The notes under the pieces were generated by a model. It saw only the letters and a list, made by a program, of their open reading frames with translations. It did no database searches and was not told where the DNA came from. Positions 51,386 to 64,000 of a stretch of 64,000 bases of DNA are shown one piece after another (position 1 is the first letter of the stretch; the number at the start of each line of letters is the position of its first letter). The DNA is from Narcine bancroftii (Eukaryota), in assembly GCF_036971445.1 (NCBI RefSeq), contig NC_091470.1, forward strand, positions 357,244,001-357,308,000, in the 5' to 3' direction. Made by a program: the position numbers and the translations under genes.

Positions 51386-51899
51386 TATGGTAAGCATCTT
51401 CGAGATCCTCATTTACTTAATCATCATCAATCTTAATCGATTCTCCGCACTCCATCATCTGAGATCTATCTCTCAATTTATCTTGACTCAATTTAGGTTG
51501 TTGAAGAGAATAATTTTGAGTAGCATCTTATTTATTATCAGGCAATTAATTAGCAAAATCTGAAGATTAATCTTTATCAGTAAAAAATTATTATCGATTT
51601 TCTCAAAAAATAATTCAAGCACAGAAGGCAAATTTAAATCCCTCTTTCCATAAAACAGATTTTGCCAGATTAAATTCTTTTCTTTTAACAATAGACATAC
51701 TTATATTGTTTTCTAGCGTTTTTGATTGCCAATCTTAATATAATTTCTTTATCTTGATACTGCAGACATTTAATTGATAAATGTTTGTCCCGGAAATAAT
51801 TTATTTCTAATAGCTCTATGAGCTCTATCAAGTTCCAGTCCATTCGGAAAATTTTCAGGACCTAAAATTTCAGGAATTCATCTGATATTGCATTCTTTA

Positions 51900-54630
51900 T
51901 TACATCACAAGAAAGGAATCTTAATGAGGCTGGTGATCCAGATCTCTACAGGAAGTCCAGGGACGACCTGCGGAAAACTATCGCAGCAGTGTCACAGGGA
52001 TCGCGGACCATGACATCCTGCAAGGCAAGGCCAAACACCATAAATGACTGTGATGCTTCACTACCTGATGAGCTGAACACTTTTTATGCCCGCTTTGAGA
52101 AAGAGAGCTCAACGATACCTATGAGAATCCCTGCAAAAGCTGACGACCCTGTGATATCAGTTGCTGAGGCAAACTTCTTTCAAGAGGGTAAACTCTGGCA
52201 AGGCCTCAGGCCCTGATGGTGTATCTGGCAGGGTACTGGAAATCTGTGCCAACCAGCGAGCTTGGTGTTTATGGACATTGTCAACCTCTCATTCCTGTAG
52301 TCAGAGATTCACACCTGTTTCAAAATCATCCTGGTGCCCAAGTAGAGCGGGGTGGGCTGCCTCAATGACGATCATCCAGTGGCACTCATGTCTACAGTAG
52401 TGTGATAAAATGCTTTGAGTGGTTGGTCGTGGCCAGAATTAACTTGTACCTTAGTAAACATCTGGATTCACTGCAAATCGGCACAGTCACTCCACAGCAC
52501 ATGCAATATCACTTGCTCTCCACTCAGCTCTGGATCACCAAGTCTCCTCTTCAACGACTGCAGCTCAGCTTTCAATACCTTCATATCCTCAGTGCTGGTA
52601 AACAAGCTCCAAAACCTAGGCCTCTGCAACTGGATGCTGTCTTCCTCATAGGAAGAACACAGTCAGTATGAATAGGAATCCTCCGCACTGACGATCGACA
52701 CAGGTACACCCCAAGGAAGTATGCTTAGCCTACTGGTCTACTCACTATGGGCCCATGACTGTGTGGCCAGGCACAATTCAACTACCTGTCTACAAATTTA
52801 CTGATGACACCACAGTCGTCGGCAAAATCACAGACTGCAATGAGGTAGAGTACAGGAGGGAGATAGATCATCTAATGGAGGGATGCCGATTTGCAGTGAA
52901 TCCAGATGTTTACTAAGGTACAAGTTAATTCTGGCCACGACCAACCATTCAAAGCATTTTATCACACTACTGTAGTACAAGCTTGTACTCAATGTTAACA
53001 AAACCAAGGAGTTGATTGTGGATTTCAGAACACAAACTGGCTCTCATCAAGGGTTCAGCAGTGGAAAGGGTTCAAAGCTTCAAGTTCCTGGGTGTCGACA
53101 TCTCCGAGGATCTGTCCTCAGGCCTCCATGTCGATGCAATCACAAAGAAGGCTTGCCAGTGGCTATAATTTGTGAAGGAGTTTGAGGGGATTTGGTGTGT
53201 CACTGATGACAGGTGTACTGTGGAGAGCATTCTGACTGGTTGCATCATGGGTCTTTTTCACACCACCAACCCTACGAGGAAATTAGTAAACTTACTGGGC
53301 CTTCTGCTCCTTGTGAGCCTTTCCCACTGCACCAGGATTTACCTGGTAAATTGGCAATCCGGCAATTTAAGGGTGGGGGTCCTGCCTCCAGTGATAATGT
53401 CATAAGTAACGTATTATGGACTCGCAGCGGGAGTAAAGCATGAATGGGCTCATATTTAAAAGACTGTGGGGGGAAAACGCACACAAGCTCAATCATTAAA
53501 AGATCGTGAGAAAATCTCCTGCAGTGGGCTTCAGACTGTTCAAACTTAGGAGAAACCTTCAGACTAGCTTCTCATTATTCCCTAAACAATTGAGTATTAC
53601 AGTAGGTCACGTCTCCAGAATGGAGGACCATCGCCTTCCCAAGATCGTGTTCTATGGCGAGCTCTCCACTGGCCACCGAGACAGAGGTCCACCAAAGAGG
53701 TACAAGGACTGCCTAAAGAAATCTCTTGGTGCCTGCCACATTGACCACCGCCAGTGGGCTGATCTCACCTCAAACCGTGCATCTTGGCGCCTCACAGTTC
53801 GGCGGGCAGCAACCTCCTTTGAAGAAGACCGCAGAGCCCACCTCACTGACAAAAGACAAAGGAGGAAAAACCCAACACCCAACCCTAACCAACCAATTTT
53901 CCCCTGCAACCGCTGCAACTGTGCCTGCCTGTCCTGCATCGGACTTGTCAGCCACAAACGAGCCTGCAGCTGACGTGGACATTACCCCTCCATAAATCTT
54001 CGTCCGCGAAGCCAAGCCAGAGAGAGAGAGAGAGAGAGTGAGAGAGAGAAAGAGCATTACATTGTATTCGGTATTAAAAGTAATCTTTTGATGATTAAAG
54101 GACAGGTATATGCTGACACCCCTCCCGGCCGCGCTGTGAAATAAACTGTGCAGTTGGTCGGGTTTCAGTGCAGGGCTGGTGGAGCTGATAACGTGCTTGA
54201 AATCATCTCAAGGTTGCCTATAATACTACCAAACCTATGCAAGCACGCATGCCCTAACGTTACTAATGGTACCAGGTAATTCATGTAGACCATTCACATC
54301 GCCACAGAGTTAACTCAGCTGGGCTCTGACATTTGCTCCCATCCAGTGGTTGAATTTAACTCACCCTACCTGGTTAGGATGTTTCATACTGCTCAATTAC
54401 TGGATATGGACCTGGTAAACTACCCGGTTAACCCACATATCATCGGCGGTACCTGGTGTGGAGGTGCCAATGCACAGGACAAGAAGAAAGCTTCAGAGCA
54501 TTATGAACTCGGCCAGTGCCATCACAGTCATCAGTCTCCACTCCATTGAAGACATCCATAAGAAAACATCCTCTATCCTCAAGGATTCCCACCACCCAAG
54601 TCATACCCTCTTCACATGCTAACGTTCTGA
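51900..54630 (+). mobile_element. Rex1/Babar-like LINE, decayed, with nested inserts (~53250-54450) including an RTE 3' fragment (53602-54050)
   Basis: LPDELNTFYARFE, KASGPDGV, KCFEWLV, KFTDDTTV, VESILTGCI. Confidence 0.8.
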
Positions 54631-55682
54631 CATTACAAGCTAATTGTTGAACTAAATTCTCACAATCAATCTGACATTGAGCAAAAGGATTAGGGTGAAT
54701 GACCTCCTGGAATAAAATTTGATCTTAAGTTGTTTGCACATTACACAAACTAACGTGGTGGAATAGCAAAGCAATTCTAAGGGAAATCTGGGTGACTTTA
54801 TTTCACTGCTGTATGAGTGAGGTGATATCTCGAATATTGTAATTTGCTGTTGAGTTCTAAATTTACATTTTGAATAGTTAATCTATATTTGGCATGAGAG
54901 TAAACACCCATTTTAAAATCATGTTCTAAACAATTAACTGAGGAATTGCGCTCTATTTGTAAGACGTTTGAAACTTGTTGCCTCATTGATGCATTTTTCT
55001 TTCTTGTGCTTGACTTGTATACTAGAAAATTATCAGCCTGCTTTACTTGTAAAATGATGCTCTTTGGATAGAAAATGATCTCTATTGAATTTTAGCATTG
55101 TACGTACAATAAAACCGTGGTTATGTAATTCAGTATAACTTCTAATGGCAACCAAGTGGACATCCATTATTTTATTAATACTTGAGGTGCTTTTTTAATT
55201 TTAAAAGGTTTGCGGTTTAAGTTTAATATCTATGACCTAATTCTAATATTTCTGTATAACTGATTGCAGAGAGCCTGCTAAATTCCTATTCTAGCATTTT
55301 ACATTATAATGTCACATCAATGGCATCTTGTAACTGAACTAGCATAGCAGCAGATGGAAAATATTACCAGCTGCATAACCTTCAGTAGATAAATTATGAG
55401 CTTTTGTTCAGTTGTATTGAGCACACAACTCAATCAAATATTAGAGTTTAAATTTCAAACAGACCGTAATATGGTTTTTAGCTTCAAATTTAATGATTCT
55501 CAAGTTCAGAGCAAGGCTAACTACAAGGGCACTCTCTTTGAGTGGATGTCATCTATTTTCAGATCAGTAAAAGCTGCAAAGTAATTTGAAACATTTGTTT
55601 AAGCAAGACTTCAATGTGCAGTCCATGCTGCAAATTTTAGCTTGAAACTTTAAGAACAATTCTCTGCACGGTTTGAAGATGA

Positions 55683-56610
55683 GCAACTCGCTCCTCCCCC
55701 ACATTAGCCGCATATCTGCCCTGGCCCCTTCCACCCTCATACGCAGCAAGGACAGGATTCCTCTTGCCCTCACCTACAATCTCACCAGCCTCCATGTCCA
55801 ACATGCCCTCCTCTGCCATTTCCACCACCTACTATGTGATCCCACCACTAGACCCATATTCCCCTCTCCACCTCCTGCAGGGACCGCTCCCTCCGTGGCT
55901 CCCTTGTGCATCCTCCCTCCCCACCAATCGTCCCCTTGGCACCTACCCCTGTGATCCCAGGAGATGCTCCACTTGCACCCACACGTCCTCCCTCACCACA
56001 ATTCGGGGCTCCAAGCAGTCCTTCCAAGTGAAGCAGCATTTCACTTGTGAATCTGCAGGGGTCATCAACTGCATCCTGTGCTCCTATTGTAGTCTCCTTT
56101 ATTTCGGAGAGCACCCCACTGTTGAGCACCTCGGCTCTGTCCCAGTGGGCACCCATTTTAATTACCCACCTCATTGCCTTGCTGATACGTCCATGGTCCT
56201 AATGCACTGCCAGAGGCTACTCACAAATTGGAGGAACAACACCTCGTCTTCTGTCAGGGCAACCTCAAACCAGGTGGCATTAACATCGACTTCTCTGGTT
56301 TCTATTAAACTACAACACTCCACCCCCCTACTTTCTTCTACCCCATTGCCTTTCCCCCTTTTCTCTTTCCTCGGTCTCCTTTCACAAACTCATACTTCCC
56401 TCTCTCCTCATCATATCCAATTAACACCTTTTGTTGGTCTGGACTCCTCCTCCTGCCAGACGACAGACTTTATTTTGATGCCTTCCTGTTCTTTGCTTAT
56501 TCCTTGAAGAAGGCTCAGGCCTGAAACGTCGGTGATGTATCTTTAGTTCCTATGGACCCTGCAAGACCAGCTGAGTCCCCCCCCGCCCCCAGCATTTCTG
56601 TGAGTTTTTA
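55683..56610 (+). mobile_element. Penelope-like element fragment (GIY-YIG endonuclease end) with SINE-like tail
   Basis: PLGTYPC..C..C...KQSFQVKQHFTCESAGVINCILC..CSLLYFGE. Confidence 0.75.
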
Positions 56611-57084
56611 AACCGCATTTGAGTGCATGAATTCAAACATTGCTTCAAAAAACCTCTTAACTGCTCAGACTAAAATGAGCAATGTCTGCAGCTTTCAAGG
56701 GCCCTGGTTTACATGTTTTAGACTATAAAATCTTGATCCACTCAGCTGATACTTTGAATGAACTCGTCTTAAGCGACGTTGATGCCGGACTGGGAGATTT
56801 TGTGGACTGTTAGATACTACACCTATTAATACATTTTATTTACCTTGGATGGATGTTGCACTGTGGAATAAAATATTTTTCCAGTGATTTTAAGCAGTGA
56901 GATTTGAACATGTCTTAGATCAGAGAAACGGAACTCTTGCTGCTGGTTGAGTAATTTGACATTTGTCTTTACCTTAATTCTTATTTTATTTCCTCAGTTC
57001 AGTTTGATTAAAATGAATGAGGCCAATTTTTCAGGGGTGCATTACACTGTGCAACTGCAACCATATGTGGCCATTTAGCTTATG

Positions 57085-58322
57085 GTCGGGTCAGATACAG
57101 CAATGAGCTCTCTGAACCCTTCTCCATTAACAATGGCGTGAAGCAAGGCTATGTTCTCGCACCAACCCTCTTTTCAATCTTCTTCAGCATGATGCTGAAC
57201 CAAACCATGAAAGACCTCAAAAATGAAGACACTGTTTACATCCGGTACCGCACGGATGGCAGTCTCTTCAATCTGAGGCGCCTGCAAGCTCACACCAAGA
57301 CACAAGAGAAACTTGTCCGTGAACTACTCTTTGCAGACGATGCCGCTTTAGTTGCCCATTCAGAGCCAGCTCTTCAGCGCTTGACATCCTGTTTTGAGGA
57401 AACTGCCAAAATGTTTGGCCTGGAAGTCAGCCTGAAGAAAACGGAGGTCCTCCATCAGCCAGCTCCCCACCTTGACTACCAGCCCCCCCACATCTCCATC
57501 AGGCACACAAAACTCAAAACGGTCAACCAGTTTACCTATCTCGGCTGCACCATTTCATCAGATGCAAGGATCGACAATGAGATAGACAACAGACTCGCCA
57601 AGGCAAATAGCACCTTTGGAAGACTACACAAAAGAGTCTGGAAAAACAACCAACTGAAAAACCTCACAAAGATAAGCGTATACAGAGCCGTTGTCATACC
57701 CACACTCCTGTTCGGCTCCGAATCATGGGTCCTCTACCGGCATCACCTACGGCTCCTAGAACGCTTCCACCAGCGTTGTCTCCGCTCCATCCTCAACATC
57801 CATTGGAGCGCTTTCATCCCTAACGTCGAAGTACTCGAGATGGCAGAGGTCGACAGCATCGAGTCCACGCTGCTGAAGATCCAGCTGCGCTGGGTGGGTC
57901 ACATCTTCAGAATGGAGGACCATCGCCTTCCCAAGATCGTGTTATATGGCGAGCTCTCCACTGGCCACCGTGACAGAGGTGCACCAGAGAAAAGGTACAA
58001 GGACTGCCTAAAGAAATCTCTTGGTGCCTGCCACATTGACCACCGCCAGTGGGCTGATATCGCCTCAAACCGTGCATCTTGGCGCCTCACAATTTGGCGG
58101 GCAGCAACCTCCTTTGAAGACGACAGCAGAGCCCACCTCACTGACAAAAGGCAAAGGAGGAAAAACCCAACACCCAACCCCAACCAACCAATTTTCCCCT
58201 GCAGCCGCTGCAACCGTGTCTGCCTGACCCGCATCGGACTTGTCAGCCACAAACGAGCCTGCAGCTGACGTGGACTTTTTACCCCCTCCGTAAATCTTCG
58301 TCCGCGAAGCCAAGCCAAAGAA
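57085..58322 (+). mobile_element. RTE LINE, 5'-truncated, uninterrupted 376-aa C-terminal ORF
   Basis: RT motifs QG..LAP, LFADD, YLG; C-terminal zinc finger; short 3' UTR ending gccaagccaaagaa. Confidence 0.95.
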
Positions 58323-59450
58323 AACTGCAGATGAACTTGAAGTCCATGGTGTTAAACAAGCTGGAAAAGTAAGGCCCACTTGTTTCTAATGAGAGGAAAT
58401 AACTTCCAGAGCTCCTGTGGGGAAAAGGTAAAATTTGGTTTCATACATCAAATTCATAAAAATGTGTTTGAGAAAAATAAGGGGTATTGAGTGGGTTTTG
58501 ATGTAGTCGAATCTTCCAATGCACTTTTAAAAGTAAAGCACTTGGAGGTAGGAATTAGACTTGGCTTTGGCCTTGCATAAAATAGTAGATGTTCTGACTA
58601 ATTTTTCCACATTTTTCAGCAAATGCTCCCCAATCTGACCCTTCAAAGGAAGCAATGTACCAGTATCTTGAATTGCTGATGTTCTTGTGTTGAAGATAGT
58701 TCCACCAGTGATGAAGGAAATTACAATTATCCCAGGTAAAATGAATAGAGTGCAAATCTATTGAAGTTCTAAAAACCTAAGGAGATTGTGTATATTTCCA
58801 TGGAAGGAAGTTGTTAAATATTAGATATTAAACTGACATATTGAAAGGGTAAAATGTTGATTGCAATTATTCAGCCTATTTGACCTTCTTTGTTCAATGA
58901 AAGTATGGGCAGCCTGGTTAGTGCAATGCTATTACAGTACCAGCGACCCAGATTCGAATCCAATGCTGTCTGTAAGGAGTTTGTACGTTCTCCCTGTGTC
59001 TGCGTGGGTTTCCTCTGGGAACTCTGGCTTCCTCCACCCTTTGTAAACATATAAGGGTTGTAGGTCAATTGGGTGTAAATGGGCGGCATGGGCTCGTGGG
59101 CTGGTTATTATGTATGCCTAATTTTAAAATATATTTAATAGCCAAATATAGGTCTTGAGAACATCTTTATAATAATACATTGGCAAGCAGTGTTCAGCAT
59201 TGATTTAAAGGACTTATTTGTTCAACCTCAATTTTCATGTGATATATTTTGTAACTGGGAAAAAAAAACCTCCAATTAAGCTAAAGACTGGATTTAAGGT
59301 TGTTCTCAGGTACAAATATGAAATTGTGTAAAAGGCTAGAAAGCAATGATACACTAGGTGGCTTGATTGCATAATATATTTCTGTGACTTAGAGAGACTT
59401 GTAGTGAATGCAGTAGGACCTGGGCTAGCTAATATGTATGACGTGAACAA

Positions 59451-59776
59451 TACGGAAGTCCAAAATTCCAGTTGCCAGAAATCTGCACTACCTGAGAACC
59501 TAGAAGTCTCGAACAGTCTCGGCTTTTGTGTACATGTGTAAGCACCATCGAAGCACAGTGGTGCCAGCGACCATGCTTAAGTTGGGGAAATGTAAGCAAA
59601 TACATTTATTTAGGTTTTTGTTTGTATTTTGTATGAACAAATGTTCCGTTAAAAAGCTATCAAGTTTTACCTGTTTGTTCTACTTAAATTTGAATTTTAA
59701 AAGTACTGCCCGAGAATCCAGAAGTCCAGACTGACCCAATCCCTGAACAGTCAGGAATTTAGGACTTTTACTGTAA
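59451..59776. mobile_element. Possible Tigger-like MITE
   Basis: Ends tacggaagtccaaaattcc / ggaatttaggacttttactgta. Confidence 0.45.
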
Positions 59777-61446
59777 TTTGCGTTTGTAAATTCCCTTTTA
59801 ACATAGTCACATCTTTTCAAGGTGCATTTTCAAACAGATTTGAAACTGAACCACCTAATGGCTTATTGAAGCAGGACAACAAAGTTGTAACTGGGAGCAT
59901 CTCGGCTGCAAAAAGAGAAGCTGATAGTTTAGGGTGGGAGTTTATTGAGCTTGTTGTTTAGGAGATGAAATCAAGCCCACCAAATGTGGAGTGGTTAAGC
60001 ATATGGGTTAGTTGGAGGCTGGAATTGAGGCAGAGCAGATATTTCAGATGGTATTTCTTTTGAGGAGACAAAAATGCGATGAATCTCAAGCGTAATAGAG
60101 ACTTTGTTTAATTATTGGAGATAGAGAGGATGGGTACAAGTAAGGAATGTGATGAAGTGCAGTTTCATGGAGGATTGCACCTCCAACTATGCTCAAGTAG
60201 TCATACAGCATGGAACAAGGTCTTTTGACCCATCATGTCATCCAAAGAAAATCCATGCAGACACGGGGAGAACCTACAAACTCCCTATAGACAGCATGGA
60301 TTTGAACGCTGGCCACTGGTGCTGTAACAGTGCTGTGCTAACTGCTACACTACCTGTGTCCTCTCTAAGGCCTTGCTATTGGTAGTGCATGCCCTAGCCG
60401 GGTTAGAACTCTCAAACTGCCACCTCTTACAAACTCCCAGCGTAATTTTCAACCCCTTTCATCCACTCATGGATGTCACCCTGTAGTTTAATGAACCACC
60501 AGGATAGAAGTAGCCAGTTCGAATATCATATCCACCATCAAAGCATTCACTTCATCTGCCACCACAGACCTCATCAACTACAGTTGAGTGACCTGTGTGA
60601 CCCCAAGTGAATGTACATTATTGAAAATCATGTTACCTTACAGATGGTACGACAACTCACTTGGTCGCCTCACATTGCCAATAGGATGACTGATTTCATA
60701 CCGTTTTGAGTGCTTTATTTATTCTGCTTGGCCTCCTCTACCTACTGGGTGCTGTTAAAACAAGAGTTCAAAGATAAAAGTTATCTTTTACTCAGTAGCA
60801 CAAAGTGTTCGTCGGCTACATGTTCTTAAATATGGCCATATCTAAATTTTAGTATTTTGATGTGTTCAAATGGGGCTGGTTAGACTAATCTGGGTTCAAA
60901 TTCCTTTCACGCCATTGAGCGAGGAGTAGGGAAGTTGTATCTTTGATCTTTGAGATTCTCTCTTTCTTTTGGCTTCCTCCACTCCAACTTAGTCATGAAT
61001 GAACACCAATTTTTATTTGGGCACACCGAACAGCACAGTCCAATGTTTGGGCTTCCCATTGGTGTGGGAAATCTTCAGAGATGTTTGAAGAATCTTCTGG
61101 TCTCCTTTTTCTCTTCACCACAGGACTGTTTGCCTTTAGAGAATTCTCCACAAAGTAGCTGCTTTGGTATTCTATAATCAGACATTGTTTTAACATGTCC
61201 TGCACATCTCATCTCATCTGTGATCCCTCTCCCCCAACCCCCACCACACCCCTGCCACCTGTGTATAAATGTTGGGGAAGTTTGTGTTGGACAAAATAGC
61301 TGTATCTGGAAGTAGTTTGTGCAGACAGTTCATGTGGTTGTCTGGTGTACACTGCCCATGTCTTGTAAACGTAGGGTTAGGACAACAGCAGCTCCATACA
61401 CCTTCTGCTTGGTCTTTAGGCTGGTTAAAGGGGAAATCATAAAGCC

Positions 61447-61731
61447 TGTAATGATCACATGAATCTTTCTACTCTCAGCTGCTGGTAGAACCTGTGATAG
61501 GACAGATTCTATCACCAATGTGTCTATGTACAGATGTACAGAGGGTCATGTAGGATGACTGTGATTGTCTGAGAGTGTAGCACCACCTACTGGCAGGTCT
61601 TAAAGGATTGCTCCTAGCCAGACCAGGTCATTCTGGACTGGTCGACCTACTTGTGATATGCTCCAGTCTTTTAGTTAATAAAAGCCTTGGGTTGGATCAA
61701 CAAGTCTTTGGTTCTTTCGACGCGCATTACA
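61447..61731 (+). repeat. Solo LTR (285 bp)
   Basis: TGTAATG...CATTACA termini, internal AATAAA at ~61677; flanks aagcc/gaacc only partly match. Confidence 0.65.
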
Positions 61732-61739
61732 GAACCCAT

Positions 61740-62520
61740 GTTGAAATCCTGTTAAATTGACTGATTACTCGCGTTGGGTGTCTGCTCCCCGCAGGAAGTG
61801 TGGTTTCTGTGAAAGACGTGATCTTTGCAGCAAGACAATTCCAAGAGCTGTGCCCAGAACTAAACTGCAGCCTGTTCACCTTTGACAATCTCACTGCAAT
61901 TCTTGATGTCGTCACGAAGGCCTATGGGAGATTGTGACACAGTGTTGCCGCCCTGAAAAGTTCATCACAACTCAACAGTACAATGGCCAGAGTAATGGAT
62001 GACAGGGAGACTTCCGACCCATTTCTGGCCACCAGTGGTATGAAACAAGGCTGTGTGCTTGCCCCCCTGCTGTTTAGTATGTTCGATGCAACACTGGGTT
62101 ATGCCTTCCCTAAAAAAGAAAATGGAATCAACCTTGGATGGAGGACTGACAGAGATCTTTTTAAACTAAGAAGAGTGTTAACTAAAACCAAAGTATCAGA
62201 AACTAACTTAAGGGACTTCCTCTTTGCTGACTTTGAACTCCATTCAAGATCAGAAGCTAATGGGCGGGAAAGCTTGGAAAGATTTGCCAGTGCCTCTGGC
62301 AACTTTGGCCTCACAATTGTTGCAATGAAATCACAAGTTCACCATCCTGCATCAAACAGTCCATGCACAGACCAAACATCCTCGTGAATATTCAAAGGCT
62401 TACAGTGGTGTATAAGTTCACATACCTTGGCTGCACTCTCAAGATTGATCAACAATGAATTGTTTGTTCTCGCAAGTACCAAGAGATAGTGGAAAAGCTT
62501 CATTTGGCGAGGTCTCCAGG
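61740..62520 (+). mobile_element. Older RTE-clade LINE fragment
   Basis: SGMKQGCVLAPLLFS, DFLFAD, FGLTI. Confidence 0.75.
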
Positions 62521-62984
62521 CAAGTTAATTGGGGCAGCTCAGTTGGTGTAACGGTTACAGCGTCAGGTATTGGGACCGGGGTTTGAATCCTGTGCTGTCT
62601 GTAAGGAGTTTGTATGTTCTCCCTGTATTTGTATGGGTTTTCCATGGGGGCTCCAATTTCCTCCCAGTGTAATTGAGTGGCAAGGGCTCATGGGCCAAAA
62701 TGGCCTGTTACCGTGCTGTATGTCTAAATTTGTATGTCTTCATTTAACCTATCCTTGAGTATTGCAAAATAAAGCAAAAGTATAGATTGTGATGTTACAA
62801 AGAAAGGTTTAATTAAAACAGTTTGAAGACAGCATCATTTCACTAATGTGAACAGCAGTGAAGAAACTTGAGGAAAGCAAATGCCATCTCTGCTTTTGGA
62901 AGACTGAGAAGTAAAGTATGGGCAGATCACATCATAATATCTGGCATGCAACCTTGCCAATCTGATGGACGATGATAGTTTTTT

Positions 62985-64000
62985 TGGAATATTTTATTTT
63001 TGATTTTCAAACACTTGTATACATTCAAACAAACAATACAATCTCTTTCAACGCCAATATGACACAGAGTCTGTTTTTATCCCACCCACCCCTCCCCCTT
63101 GCCCCAATGCAACTGAGAATAAAGTCATATTAATTATACAGATAAGAAAAACCCAAATGCTGGTGGGGTCAACGACCCCTACAGAAACATAGGAAAAAAA
63201 AACCAACCAAGGTGACCGGGTAACCATAGGTAAGGAATAAAAAGAAAAAAAACACTTTTTTTTCCACATCCCACTTCATTGATCCCAATCGTTTCCCTGT
63301 TGGGACGGATTGTTTCATTACCCTTGTTCCGTAGGGGGATAGTCGCATCCGCATGCCAGCATATGTCGGATGAGATTGCCACACTCTAACGAATGTGTCA
63401 TATTTCCTCCATAAATCATTTGTGATTTTCTCCAGGGCAATACAACTCTGCATTTCCATATTCAATTGTGTAATATTTAGTTGGTAGTCGGGCTTCCACG
63501 TGACTGCTATACATTTCCTGGCTACCACCAAGTTGAACTTCACAAACTGAATTTGATACTGGGACAGTTTAAAACCTACGTCCATAATGTTTCCCAGAAG
63601 ATACAATTCCAGATCCTGTGAAAAATACGCCTTTGTAATTTTTTTCAGAATGTCTCCCAGATGGATTTGTACACAGCCAGGTTGAATGGATAAAGGTTCC
63701 AATCTCCACACCACATCTAAAGCACATTTCTGAGATTTCTGGTTTGGATTTATGTAATTTTTGTGGGGTCAGGTACAGTTGATGCAGGAAGTTGGATTGC
63801 ACCAACCTGTACCTGGCATTAATAACTGCTGTCATGCTGTCCCGACACAGATCTGACCAGGGCTGTTGTGCCCAAGTCCAACTCCCACCTTTCCCTCAAC
63901 CTGTGTAATCCTGGTTTCAGGCCCTCACGTGGTAATATGAAATACATCATAGAAATAAACCTACGCACATTCCCCCTTTAAATTAGAATCTCCACGTCAC
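62985..64000 (-). mobile_element. L1/Tx1-clade LINE 3' end
   Basis: NARYRLVQSNFLHQLYLTPQKL..CFRCGVEIGTFIHSTWLC; T-rich tail near 62980. Confidence 0.85.

Noticed and set aside
54650-55670. AT-rich repeat-poor stretch with AATAAA at 55108, possibly another gene's UTR
   Set aside because: No linked coding exon or splice evidence

Overview
Eukaryotic, intron-rich vertebrate DNA; the repeat content (CR1, Rex1-like, RTE, L1/Tx1, Penelope, tRNA-SINEs) suggests a cartilaginous fish (inference). The window holds the last four coding exons of a VAPA gene on the + strand (17075-17178, 22548-22628, 31034-31213, 35812-35973) and its 3' UTR; the earlier exons are not visible here. Most remaining sequence is nested, decayed retroelements. 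The main result is a degenerate class I endogenous retrovirus on the - strand (~4471-11850) in the upstream VAPA intron. Its order is gag N-terminus (PPPY), then an intronless host BRPF1 cDNA fragment including the bromodomain, then RNase H, integrase, env (CWxC, ISD) and a putative 3' LTR. This looks like a fossil retrovirus that transduced a host chromatin-reader gene in place of CA-NC-PR-RT. Other points: a candidate in-frame 264-nt VAPA cassette exon, a Gmr1-type Gypsy element with integrase upstream of RT, and several local inverted or tandem duplications. All homology calls come from manual translation and recall of family motifs; no database search was run.
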